The notes beneath the pieces are model-generated. The model did not search any database and was not told where the DNA came from. It saw nothing but the letters and a program-made list of their open reading frames with translations. The position numbers and the translations under genes were made by a program. Source: a virus. From it: 64,000 nt of DNA. The stretch lies in IMG/VR virus record IMGVR_UViG_3300045412_000547; one strand, 5' to 3'. The first letter of the stretch is position 1. Each line of letters begins with the position of its first letter. Of the stretch, positions 17,758-26,825 are shown piece after piece.

Positions 17758-18450
17758 GTGAACAAAATAATAAAAGAGTTTCTTTTTAAAAATGAAAATT
17801 TAGATTGGTTCATTTTTAACAGTGGGCTGCCTTGGTTGAGACTAGACATTAACGTTCCTTATAAGGATATATACAAAGAAGCATTGGACGTGTCCAACTT
17901 ATTTCTAGAATATAGAGAATCAAGTAATAAGGGCTGGAAAGGGATATGCATACACGGTGTTACTGAAGAGCATATTTATGACTATACAGCGTACAATGAA
18001 TTCATGCGTTTAGATCAAAAAAATATCCCATATAAATTTACAAATATTTCTAAAAAATGCCCAGTTACAACAAATTTTTTAAAAACCGCTTTTTTTAGAA
18101 CCAATTTTTTTAGAGTTAGATTTATGCTTTTAGAACCTGGAGGGTTTATAGAGCCCCATGTAGATATGCCTAAAAAAACATTAGCACCTATTAACATAGC
18201 TATCAATAACCCGGAAAAATGTGTGTTTAAAATGAAAGGTTATGGCTTTGTACCGTTTGTTCCTGGCGCTGCTTTTATGCTCGATACTAGTAATGAACAT
18301 GCGGTCTATAATGGTAGTCAAGAACCTAGAATTCATATGATAGTACACTGTGATTATGAAAATTTAAGCATTACTCAAAAAGAAGACTGGAATGAACTGG
18401 TTAATCGGTCCCTTCTTAAAACCTTGTCTAATACTAAATTATTTGGTTAG
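17758..18450 (+). CDS. 2OG-Fe(II) oxygenase, Asp/Asn beta-hydroxylase-like
   Basis: RVRFMLLEPGGFIEPHVD...HAVYNGSQEPRIH. Confidence 0.8.
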   Translation: MNKIIKEFLFKNENLDWFIFNSGLPWLRLDINVPYKDIYKEALDVSNLFLEYRESSNKGWKGICIHGVTEEHIYDYTAYNEFMRLDQKNIPYKFTNISKKCPVTTNFLKTAFFRTNFFRVRFMLLEPGGFIEPHVDMPKKTLAPINIAINNPEKCVFKMKGYGFVPFVPGAAFMLDTSNEHAVYNGSQEPRIHMIVHCDYENLSITQKEDWNELVNRSLLKTLSNTKLFG

Positions 18451-18454
18451 AATT

Positions 18455-18862
18455 TTAAATTGTTTTTAACACATATTCTTTAGCTTGTTTTAGATTTTTT
18501 ATATGCGGTATTTTAGAAGCTAAAATTTTAATGAGAGTACCTTTCACAAAGTCTTTTTCGTCGTCGTGCGGTACAATAATAGTCGCTGTTGTTGTAAATG
18601 AATCTGTATCCTCGTCTTTAATTGGTGTTTTGGTTTTAAAAACGTCGTGTTCGTCACACCTACATACTGTTTTAGTATAGACATATTTTCCTTTTTTATA
18701 AATTTTTAAATCAAATATTTCGTAATCAAATCCTAATTTATGAACTGATTTTTTTGTAAAATAAATAAAAAATGTTTTCCCGACAAACCCTTTTTTAGGT
18801 ATATCGCTTTTAATATCAACACCTAAGATTTTAATACTATAGCAAGTATTTGTACAAAACAT
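18455..18862 (-). CDS. Hypothetical protein
   Basis: 135-aa ORF. Confidence 0.5.
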   Translation of the reverse strand: MFCTNTCYSIKILGVDIKSDIPKKGFVGKTFFIYFTKKSVHKLGFDYEIFDLKIYKKGKYVYTKTVCRCDEHDVFKTKTPIKDEDTDSFTTTATIIVPHDDEKDFVKGTLIKILASKIPHIKNLKQAKEYVLKTI

Positions 18863-18864
18863 AA

Positions 18865-19692
18865 TTAATAATTACTTAATGCGTCTATATATTTTGAATA
18901 ATTAATATCTTTTTCAGGTATAAGTTCAAAGCTTTCCTTAAAATTAAACTTTATTTCTGGATTATAATTAAGCATTGTTTCTTCATTTATAAAATATTTT
19001 TTAACAAATAAATTTTCTTTTACATAAAGTACAAATTTACTGTTATTAGGAATTATACCTATCCCTATAGCTATTCTAGTATTAAAATCATTAGGAGTAG
19101 AAAGAGAGCCATGAACGAGTCTTGGGTTCATTACCAAAAGATCTCCAGAGTTAAAAGGCAAAACAGTTTTAGCTTTTGGTAATAGCTTATCACGGTAATT
19201 ATTAAGACCCAGAGTGACGCCCACCCCTCTAATATAATTTTTAAGAATTTTATGAGTTTTAGGAATTACATATAAAGGGCTAGATTTTTTATCTATATCT
19301 TCTAATGAAAACCACAATGTAAAAGAAGAAGTAATACTATCCTCTTCTATAAGAGAAATATCTTGGTGTATTTTACATTCATTAGTGCCACCAGGGTACT
19401 TTATTATATAATTTGAAATTACTATTTTATAGTTTACAAACAGCTCATTAATTAAGGGTTGTAGTTCTTTTTTTATAAGTTTTAAGACATTCCTTTTATA
19501 TGCTATATTTGGACTCATAGCTGTATTGACATGGTTAATGTTTTTTGATGTGTATAATTCTAGTTTTGATGAGGGTTTATTTTTTAAATAAAAGCTATAT
19601 AATTTTTTAATTGTTAATTTAGTAATCACGTTTCTCAATACAACAAACCCTTCAGATTCTAATGCTTTGTTGCTATCAAAATTAATAAGCAT
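18865..19692 (-). CDS. Phytanoyl-CoA dioxygenase (PhyH)-family 2OG-Fe(II) oxygenase
   Basis: EGFVVL, HQD, WFSLED, IPKTH, GDLLV..RLVHGS...R. Confidence 0.85.
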   Translation of the reverse strand: MLINFDSNKALESEGFVVLRNVITKLTIKKLYSFYLKNKPSSKLELYTSKNINHVNTAMSPNIAYKRNVLKLIKKELQPLINELFVNYKIVISNYIIKYPGGTNECKIHQDISLIEEDSITSSFTLWFSLEDIDKKSSPLYVIPKTHKILKNYIRGVGVTLGLNNYRDKLLPKAKTVLPFNSGDLLVMNPRLVHGSLSTPNDFNTRIAIGIGIIPNNSKFVLYVKENLFVKKYFINEETMLNYNPEIKFNFKESFELIPEKDINYSKYIDALSNY

Positions 19693-19747
19693 TAAATATT
19701 TTATATTAAATTAGTAGTTTTTCAAATTTTTGTAAATAAGTAATCTT

Positions 19748-20299
19748 GTGAATGACTTAAACTTTGATCTTTTTAATAAGCCTTACTTATTTATAAGCAC
19801 AAAATTTTATTGTTTTAGAGACCATAAATACTTTGAACAAGAGTCTAATAACTTTTTGTCTTTGTCAAGATTTTTAGGTACAAATATATTTTTTGATAGT
19901 AATGAACAAAAGGCAGAATATAGTTTATTATCCTTATCACCAAACAGTGATCAAAATTTTTTAGATAAATCTATAGTAATTAGAAATTATCCAGAGAAAA
20001 AAGTTTTATTGTTTGTATTAAACCAGTTATTGGACATAGATAGTATCGTGCTAGACTCTACATCTGATAAGTATGAAAATATTATATTAACTGAAGATGC
20101 ATTTATGGTAGGTGATGTAGAAAAAACGAGTGATACTTTTTTAAAAATAAAATATAGCTATAAAAATAATATAGAGATAGATAATAATAATAGCATAGAT
20201 ACAGAATGTAAGTTTATGTTTTTAGACGAAAATATAGAGCCTGCATTTGATAGCGATGGTTATATATTACCTAGCTTAGATTTAAACAGCATAATATAA
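19748..20299 (+). CDS. Hypothetical acidic protein
   Basis: 183 aa; TAAGTA-N5-GTG upstream. Confidence 0.55.
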   Translation: MNDLNFDLFNKPYLFISTKFYCFRDHKYFEQESNNFLSLSRFLGTNIFFDSNEQKAEYSLLSLSPNSDQNFLDKSIVIRNYPEKKVLLFVLNQLLDIDSIVLDSTSDKYENIILTEDAFMVGDVEKTSDTFLKIKYSYKNNIEIDNNNSIDTECKFMFLDENIEPAFDSDGYILPSLDLNSII

Positions 20300-20469
20300 T
20301 AGTTTTTAATATTAGTTACTTCACATGGAGTGCATAGATTCAATGATTGAACAAATTTAATTTTTTTTAAATAATCTTTCCGGTGCTTGTCGCATTCCTC
20401 TATTTCCTTAGGGCATGGCATTGCAAAATTAAAAAAATTTTCAGCTATATTATAAAAATTACTCTCCAT
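20260..20469 (-). CDS. Small four-Cys protein, paralog of 15510..15710
   Basis: FF...PCPKEIEECDKHR..Y...LCTPC....K.YYI. Confidence 0.65.
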   Translation of the reverse strand: MESNFYNIAENFFNFAMPCPKEIEECDKHRKDYLKKIKFVQSLNLCTPCEVTNIKNYYIMLFKSKLGNI

Positions 20470-21256
20470 AAAATTGCTTGGCCTCTAAAAAATATTTATT
20501 ATAAATATTGTTAAGTTTTATCTTTAAAAAATCTGATAAAAAGTTAGCTACATAGCTTGAAAAATATAGTTTATTTTCTAAAAAATTATATTTTTCGAGA
20601 CCTATAAAATGAACAATTTTAGCTAACTCTAAATTATCTAGTGTCAGAAGATCTGTAGTAGTATTATATGATTGAGGTAAAAAATTAATGTGATCTTTAA
20701 AGTAAAAATTAAGTGGTTCTTGATTACCGTTAAACTTAGTTTTTTTACATAATTTTATAAGTGAAGTAGATGTTTTAGCTTTTAAAAATTCTCTAGGAAT
20801 AAGCATTACCCCGGCATTAAACCCAAAAAATTTGTTTTCGAAATAATATTCATTAGTTGCCTTGTGAAGTTTACAAACGCTAAAATTATCTACTTGAAAT
20901 ATATCTAGAAAGTTTGATAAGCACAATATATCCGTATCAAGATATAATATGCTTTTGTATTTTTTAAGTTTAAATATTTCAAATCTAAAAGCAGGAGAAA
21001 ATGACCAGTCTCTTTGTTTAGAAAACCCGATACCGTCATATTTTTCAATACAAATATGGTGTATAAAATAATTTTTAAATTTAAATTTTTCGAGAATGGG
21101 AGTAAAAAACACTTCTTGATCTTTTAGTACAAATAAATTTATATCTAAATTAGAAATATCGTTATTCTTGTTAATACTATACAATGCTATTTTAAATAAA
21201 TCTAAATAGTAGCTTGAGTCCAATACAAAAACTAATGAGTGATCACTTTTTTTCAC
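20459..21256 (-). CDS. Glycosyltransferase family 8
   Basis: ILYLDTDI, FNAGVML, NQEPLN, LPQSYN and IVHFIG motifs. Confidence 0.88.
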   Translation of the reverse strand: MKKSDHSLVFVLDSSYYLDLFKIALYSINKNNDISNLDINLFVLKDQEVFFTPILEKFKFKNYFIHHICIEKYDGIGFSKQRDWSFSPAFRFEIFKLKKYKSILYLDTDILCLSNFLDIFQVDNFSVCKLHKATNEYYFENKFFGFNAGVMLIPREFLKAKTSTSLIKLCKKTKFNGNQEPLNFYFKDHINFLPQSYNTTTDLLTLDNLELAKIVHFIGLEKYNFLENKLYFSSYVANFLSDFLKIKLNNIYNKYFLEAKQFYGE

Positions 21257-22529
21257 ATGAAAATCCTTTTTTCTCTATCCAATATGGAAAATACGATTTT
21301 CTAAATTTTTGTGTTAAGCAATATTTATATGCTTTGTTTTTTAGCGAAACGTCTAGCCATAAAAATTCTTGAACTAAATTTTTATCTAAATACGGATACC
21401 TGGTTTCGATTCCAAAAGATCCTAGTATTTTTTCATCTTTTTCTAAATAATCTTTCATTGTACCGTTAAAAAAGTTTTTCCATGGAAAAATAGTTTTTAG
21501 ATTAGTTGGATATAAACCACCAAAACAGCTGTTATCTGTGTATTTTTCACCATTAAATCCGTAATCAGAATATATTTCATCTGCTCCTGTACCAGAAATA
21601 TAGACACGAGCTTCTATACGATTACAGTAGCTGCCAATATAGGAAAGACAGTATGCCGAAGAGTCTTTAAAATAATTAAAATCTAAATATTTTTCCGGTT
21701 CAGAATTATTTAAAAGGCTTTTTATTGTTAATGCTTTACTAAAAGTGTCAAAAGTATGCATGTAAAGTTTATTGCCTATAAATAAACCTCTATTAGCAAT
21801 AATTTGTTTATTTTCGTTATTTAAAATTGATATAAAGTTAGAAAATTTATTTTTGTAAAGAAAATATGCGAGTAACCCGCTATCAACACCGCTAGACATA
21901 CCAACACAAAACTTTTGAATAGGGATTCTTTTTAAAATTGCTGATTTTAGTGCTTTATTAAAATTTGTTAAGGTGTTATTTTTTTGTTTAGTGCAAAATT
22001 TAAAAATATTGCTTTTTATATTAAGTTCTTTGGTTTTAGTGTTGTATCTATAAATAGAATTTGGATTTACTGTTTGTATATTCTTTGATAACCCTTTAAG
22101 ACCGCTTTTAAGAGACGATATTAGTAATTTACCGTTTTCAGTTGAGTAATATAGGGGCTTTGTTCCAAAAATATCTCTAAAAAAATAGATATTTTTTGTC
22201 TTTATATTTAAATAAGCTATAGAATATTCGCCGTCTGATGTATTATGAAAATTATAGACATCGTTTAATAGATAAGGCAAATAACATGTATCGCTTTTAA
22301 ATTTTTTAGGGTAATTATATAATTCGCCGTTAAAAAAATAGAATGAATTGTTATAGAATAGCGGTTGTAATGTTTTAGATCCAGTAATATGCAATAGATT
22401 ATGTATAGAACAAAAATCTTTATGAACTGTAACTTCTGTATGATCCGGTCCTCTTTTTTTAAGAAATAAATTATTTGCTTTTAGTATGTTAATATCATTA
22501 GGACAAGTTGAAAAAGAGAAGCTACACAT
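21243..22529 (-). CDS. Asparagine synthetase (glutamine-hydrolysing)-like amidotransferase
   Basis: N-terminal Cys (MCSF), RGPD, FNGELYN, RDIFGTKPLYY, SSGVDS, SGTGADE and RYPYLD. Confidence 0.88.
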   Translation of the reverse strand: MCSFSFSTCPNDINILKANNLFLKKRGPDHTEVTVHKDFCSIHNLLHITGSKTLQPLFYNNSFYFFNGELYNYPKKFKSDTCYLPYLLNDVYNFHNTSDGEYSIAYLNIKTKNIYFFRDIFGTKPLYYSTENGKLLISSLKSGLKGLSKNIQTVNPNSIYRYNTKTKELNIKSNIFKFCTKQKNNTLTNFNKALKSAILKRIPIQKFCVGMSSGVDSGLLAYFLYKNKFSNFISILNNENKQIIANRGLFIGNKLYMHTFDTFSKALTIKSLLNNSEPEKYLDFNYFKDSSAYCLSYIGSYCNRIEARVYISGTGADEIYSDYGFNGEKYTDNSCFGGLYPTNLKTIFPWKNFFNGTMKDYLEKDEKILGSFGIETRYPYLDKNLVQEFLWLDVSLKNKAYKYCLTQKFRKSYFPYWIEKKGFSCEKK

Positions 22530-22543
22530 ATTAATATATTACA

Positions 22544-23296
22544 ATGTTTGAGTCATTTTTAAAGGATCCTATTGTATCCGAATTTATTTTAAATTATAGA
22601 AAAATAGATTCAAATAATAAATTTTGTAAGGGAAATATATTTGGTATTAATTTAGACAAGCAAAAAAACATTGTTTCGGAAAAATTTTACTTTACAACAT
22701 CTTTTATTTTATCGAAAAAGCAAGTTTTAACCTTTTTACCTACCTATAAAGACTTATATAAATATTATAAATTTCTAGATTTATCCGATAACCCTCTTTG
22801 TAAAAGGGGTGTAACATTTGCTGTAAAGAAATGTTCAAAAGGTAATATTACGACACAATTTCATTTTAAGGTACCTGCGATTTATTATTCGTCTCCTAAG
22901 ATGCTGCAATGTCAAGCAACATTATTACCTAAAAGAATATTTGACGGAACAGAACTTTATGGTATAAGTTACGAGTATGTATCTAATATTGGTTATCCGA
23001 AAACTTATGTTTATTTTAAAAATAGACAGTCAAAAGAATATTTTAGAGGCATATTAGGACAAAAAATAGACTGTGCAGTTATAGAATACACGCATTCTGC
23101 ATTTGGAGAGAAAATAATTTTAATTAATTCGAAATTTAAAAACGATAAAATGTTTCCTCCGGTAAGCAAAAAATTAACTTATAAAAACTTTGGATATTAT
23201 CTTAATAAGTCGGAATACTCCGCATACATATATCCTAAAGCATATAAACAACTAGAAAATCAAGGCGAAGTTGACACCCTTTCATTTTTAAAATGA
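22544..23296 (+). CDS. Hypothetical protein
   Basis: 250-aa ORF; first gene of a three-gene plus-strand run. Confidence 0.55.
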   Translation: MFESFLKDPIVSEFILNYRKIDSNNKFCKGNIFGINLDKQKNIVSEKFYFTTSFILSKKQVLTFLPTYKDLYKYYKFLDLSDNPLCKRGVTFAVKKCSKGNITTQFHFKVPAIYYSSPKMLQCQATLLPKRIFDGTELYGISYEYVSNIGYPKTYVYFKNRQSKEYFRGILGQKIDCAVIEYTHSAFGEKIILINSKFKNDKMFPPVSKKLTYKNFGYYLNKSEYSAYIYPKAYKQLENQGEVDTLSFLK

Positions 23297-24069
23297 ACTC
23301 TACTGATCATTACAGAAAAATTGGTGATTATTATAATCGCACAACCGAAGCATGGATAGAAACGTATAGAAGAACGCAATCATTTAGATTTGATCAGTAT
23401 CTTGATAAACACGATGAAATATTAGAATCTAAAATTTTTTTTAAAAAAGACGGCATTTATCTAGATGCAGGGTGCGGTGATTTTTCGTTTTCTCAAAAAA
23501 TTTGTAAAAAAAATAAAAAAATAAAAATATTTGGCGTCACACTTAGTGATAAACAAGTTGAAATTGCTAAACCTAGATGCTTAGAAAACTGTAATATTTT
23601 TAAACAAAATTTTGAGACGCTAGACTTTCTAGATAATAGTTTTGATGGCTGTTTCTTTGTTGAAAGCTTTTCTCATGCTATAAACAAAGAAAAAGTCTGT
23701 AAAGAGATTAAGAGAGTGGTTAAAAATAATGGTAGAATATATATTCTTGATTTAAACTTAGAAAAAGATGTTAGGAAAGATAAGACTTATTGGGGATGGT
23801 ACAATATATTTTATTTTTTACCCATAAAGTACAGAAAAAGTTTAAAAATTTTCGAAAAATATTTTATAATTAGTAAAACTTCTACAAATATTAAAAACTA
23901 TAGAAAAGATTTTTACAAAAAACTTAGACCTAATGTTAATTTTATGAATTGTGAATGTACGTATAACAATTCTGATAGTTTAACAGAATACGGTAAGTAC
24001 CATAATCTTCAAAATACATATAACTTGCCTGTAGTTTGGTCTGAGTTTAGCATGATTAATCAAAAATGA
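23293..24069 (+). CDS. Class I SAM-dependent methyltransferase
   Basis: YLDAGCG, GVTLSDKQV, DNSFD, ESFSH and EIKRVVKNNGRI. Confidence 0.88.
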   Translation: MNSTDHYRKIGDYYNRTTEAWIETYRRTQSFRFDQYLDKHDEILESKIFFKKDGIYLDAGCGDFSFSQKICKKNKKIKIFGVTLSDKQVEIAKPRCLENCNIFKQNFETLDFLDNSFDGCFFVESFSHAINKEKVCKEIKRVVKNNGRIYILDLNLEKDVRKDKTYWGWYNIFYFLPIKYRKSLKIFEKYFIISKTSTNIKNYRKDFYKKLRPNVNFMNCECTYNNSDSLTEYGKYHNLQNTYNLPVVWSEFSMINQK

Positions 24070-25022
24070 TATATTTTCCAACAAAAACACCATTACCGAA
24101 TTATAAAGATTTCCCTTTTCTTTATAATCATTATAGTACGTTTAAAGGTAAAGATGTTTATTCGTCCTATATTTATTGGATACTTAAAAACCATGGAATT
24201 AAAGATATAAAACTAGTAGATACAGTCAAAAAAACAGAAAGATCAGATTTTATATTTTTTCATTTTGATAATTTAAAGCAATTTGATTTTAATACATCTG
24301 CTAGAAAAGTACAATTTATATCAGATAGGCCTTTAGTAAACGGGTGTAGTATGTACTTAACTTCAGACCATACAGTGTGCTCTGGCCATGCAAAGCTTGA
24401 TACGTCTAGCGCTTTTTCAATACTAAACAAAACATATTCAGTAGAAATGACATTTTTTCCGGAACCTTTACCGTGCGGTTTAAAGAAATGTAAAGTTAGT
24501 TACCCACCTAAAAAAGCTGTGTGTATGGGTTTATATGACAATATAGATAAAGACCTGTTAAGAATTATAGAAGAAAAAAATGATTTAATTGAAGGCTATA
24601 TATTAAGTCATAAAATTAGTAAGAAAAATTTAGAAATAATAAAAAATATAAAGTTTGAGTTATATAATGAAACTAATAATAATAAAGGCGATGAAGATGT
24701 ATTTTTCTTTATAAGAAATAAAGAAAGTGGGTATAATTATGCGGGGTACAAGCATCCGAACCGGTTGTTCATATCATTTTTTTGCAATGTTCCTGGTTTT
24801 TTTCAGGGAGAAAATGTAATTAATGCAAATAAAAAATCCGAGTATGATTTTATTGAAATAAGCTCTGTATTTGATTTTATCACTAAACTCTCTCTGTATA
24901 TTAGTAATGAAAAGTTGTTTTTAAATATTTTAAATCAAATAAAGTCTAGAGAAAAAGAAAATAGTGAGGAAGATGTTGTTTGGTTTTTTAAGAAAATTAT
25001 CCAACAACTAAAAACTTATTAA
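24066..25022 (+). CDS. Hypothetical protein, possibly GT-B-like
   Basis: DVFFFIR...YKHPNRLF resembles the nucleotide-binding half of GT-B; weak. Confidence 0.4.
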   Translation: MIYFPTKTPLPNYKDFPFLYNHYSTFKGKDVYSSYIYWILKNHGIKDIKLVDTVKKTERSDFIFFHFDNLKQFDFNTSARKVQFISDRPLVNGCSMYLTSDHTVCSGHAKLDTSSAFSILNKTYSVEMTFFPEPLPCGLKKCKVSYPPKKAVCMGLYDNIDKDLLRIIEEKNDLIEGYILSHKISKKNLEIIKNIKFELYNETNNNKGDEDVFFFIRNKESGYNYAGYKHPNRLFISFFCNVPGFFQGENVINANKKSEYDFIEISSVFDFITKLSLYISNEKLFLNILNQIKSREKENSEEDVVWFFKKIIQQLKTY

Positions 25023-26259
25023 GTTGATCGGTTACTTCTTGTATAGATAATTTTTCTGGCCATTGTTTTGTAGCTTCAAACAGAAGGTTTCTGTCATCAT
25101 TTTTTAAGTATATAGTATCGTTTTCAATATCTATAGAAAAATTAGTTGTGTTATCTACTAATTTACCAGTTTCATCTCTTTCAAATAAAAGATGATTTAT
25201 AGCGTAAGAATTAGTATTAATACTAATACTAAAAGGATCAAAAACAATTTGCTGAGCTACATAATCAATAGTTGGAATAGATATAACCTCTACGCTGTGT
25301 TCATTAATTTTTATTCCAATTAATTTTACCTCGACACTATTATTTGACTTAGTAATTACGTTGTACTTGTAAAAATTATTAATTTCTTGAGCAATACTTG
25401 TATAATAAGTAACAAACGAATCCTTATTATAAATGATACAGCCTTTAAAATTATTAATATTATTAATAATACTATCGTCATTTATAATCCATTCAGGTGA
25501 AGGAAGTAGACACTTAGGCCACGATGTAAGCATATCAAGAGGGATTAGATAATTTTTTATATCAATGCTTTCTTGTTCCTTTTTTGCGGCATCTTCTAGC
25601 TCTGCTAGCGTTTTTAATGACTCGCTCGAAAAAGGACACCCTTTAGATAGTCTTTTTTCGAGCACTTTACGTTCTTGATCAAATTCAGAAAATAAAAACT
25701 TAAAATGTTTATTAAGTTCTTTTTTATAGTTAGTAAATGAAATTTTAAGTACAGATTTTTTATTAGATAATGATTCTAAAGTAGAAATCTTAAGGACGTC
25801 GCACCCGGGTTTTACTTTTTCAAGAAATAAGACTTTTGGTGTCAGTACACTAGAGTTTTTATCGGTAACTATACTATATTTTTTTAGCTCTAAGATAGTT
25901 TTACGCTGAATTTTTTGAAATGGAAATTTTTTAATATGCGGTTCAAACTTTTCATTAAACATAAACACAGGTGAAAATTCAAAAGGTAGTTCAGGAATAG
26001 ATATACAGTCAAGCTTATTAAGATTTATTATAACTTTTTTACCGAGTTTTAAATCAAACGTCTCAAATTCTGTATCCAAATTAACATTAAAACATAAATT
26101 TGTTATATCTACATCTGGAAAAATGCTTTTTATGGTTTTAGGGTTATTAGTAAACAATGACCAAAAAAGAAAATTATCGTCCTGGTCGTAAACACATTTA
26201 ATAATAACTTTTTCTAAAAGTTTTGCATAAACAATATTATTAGGTATACCCGGCTCCAT
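24997..26259 (-). CDS. Hypothetical protein (possible tail-fibre assembly-associated)
   Basis: 420 aa directly downstream of the fibre genes; helical segment ending ..WPKCLLPSP. Confidence 0.4.
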   Translation of the reverse strand: MEPGIPNNIVYAKLLEKVIIKCVYDQDDNFLFWSLFTNNPKTIKSIFPDVDITNLCFNVNLDTEFETFDLKLGKKVIINLNKLDCISIPELPFEFSPVFMFNEKFEPHIKKFPFQKIQRKTILELKKYSIVTDKNSSVLTPKVLFLEKVKPGCDVLKISTLESLSNKKSVLKISFTNYKKELNKHFKFLFSEFDQERKVLEKRLSKGCPFSSESLKTLAELEDAAKKEQESIDIKNYLIPLDMLTSWPKCLLPSPEWIINDDSIINNINNFKGCIIYNKDSFVTYYTSIAQEINNFYKYNVITKSNNSVEVKLIGIKINEHSVEVISIPTIDYVAQQIVFDPFSISINTNSYAINHLLFERDETGKLVDNTTNFSIDIENDTIYLKNDDRNLLFEATKQWPEKLSIQEVTDQLNKFLVVG

Positions 26260-26294
26260 AAAATTATGTATGTGATTTATAGTTGTAAATCAAC

Positions 26295-26825
26295 TTATGG
26301 ATAGCTAATTGTACGTCCAACTTCTAAGTTTGTGCCGCAATTCTGTGAGTCTCTTACATAAAAATTATGTGCACCTCTCGTTACATTAAATGTTGCTTCA
26401 TTACTACCGTTAGTCACGTACCAGGTACCGTTCCAATGAACTGTATAAGGCGCACCTGCATCGCTACCGCTACAGGTAACCTTTATTTGACCAGAATTAC
26501 CAGCATTGTCACCTGTAAAAATTTTAACGCCGTTAATAGCAGGCAATCCATTATAAGCTGCATAAAATTCGCTAAATCTGGTTGGTCTCCAGCGTACAGA
26601 AGGACCTGTATATGTCCAAGATACATTGTTTGTACCGGCCGGGCGAGGCGTATTACTCATTTCTGATTGATTAGGCATGCAAACACCAGCATTAGTGGCA
26701 TTAGCAGGTGTACCACCGCCCATATATTGTAATTCTCTTTGATCTAAAGATGTAGGTATATTTCCTAACGTTTTTAGAGTGTTGATTTGTGCCACACTAA
26801 GAGCACCGGATGATTGTAATTTCAT
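26295..26825 (-). CDS. Tail-fibre tip / adhesin-like protein
   Basis: N-terminal SSGALSVAQI...RFSEFY pattern of fibre-tip proteins, then a beta-sandwich-like C-terminus; overlaps the S74 fibre gene. Confidence 0.55.
   Translation of the reverse strand: MKLQSSGALSVAQINTLKTLGNIPTSLDQRELQYMGGGTPANATNAGVCMPNQSEMSNTPRPAGTNNVSWTYTGPSVRWRPTRFSEFYAAYNGLPAINGVKIFTGDNAGNSGQIKVTCSGSDAGAPYTVHWNGTWYVTNGSNEATFNVTRGAHNFYVRDSQNCGTNLEVGRTISYP

Noticed and set aside
21243-22529. Lasso-peptide cyclase interpretation
   Set aside because: It retains an N-terminal Cys glutaminase domain, and no RRE/B protein or lasso-type precursor is adjacent; an amidotransferase is more likely.
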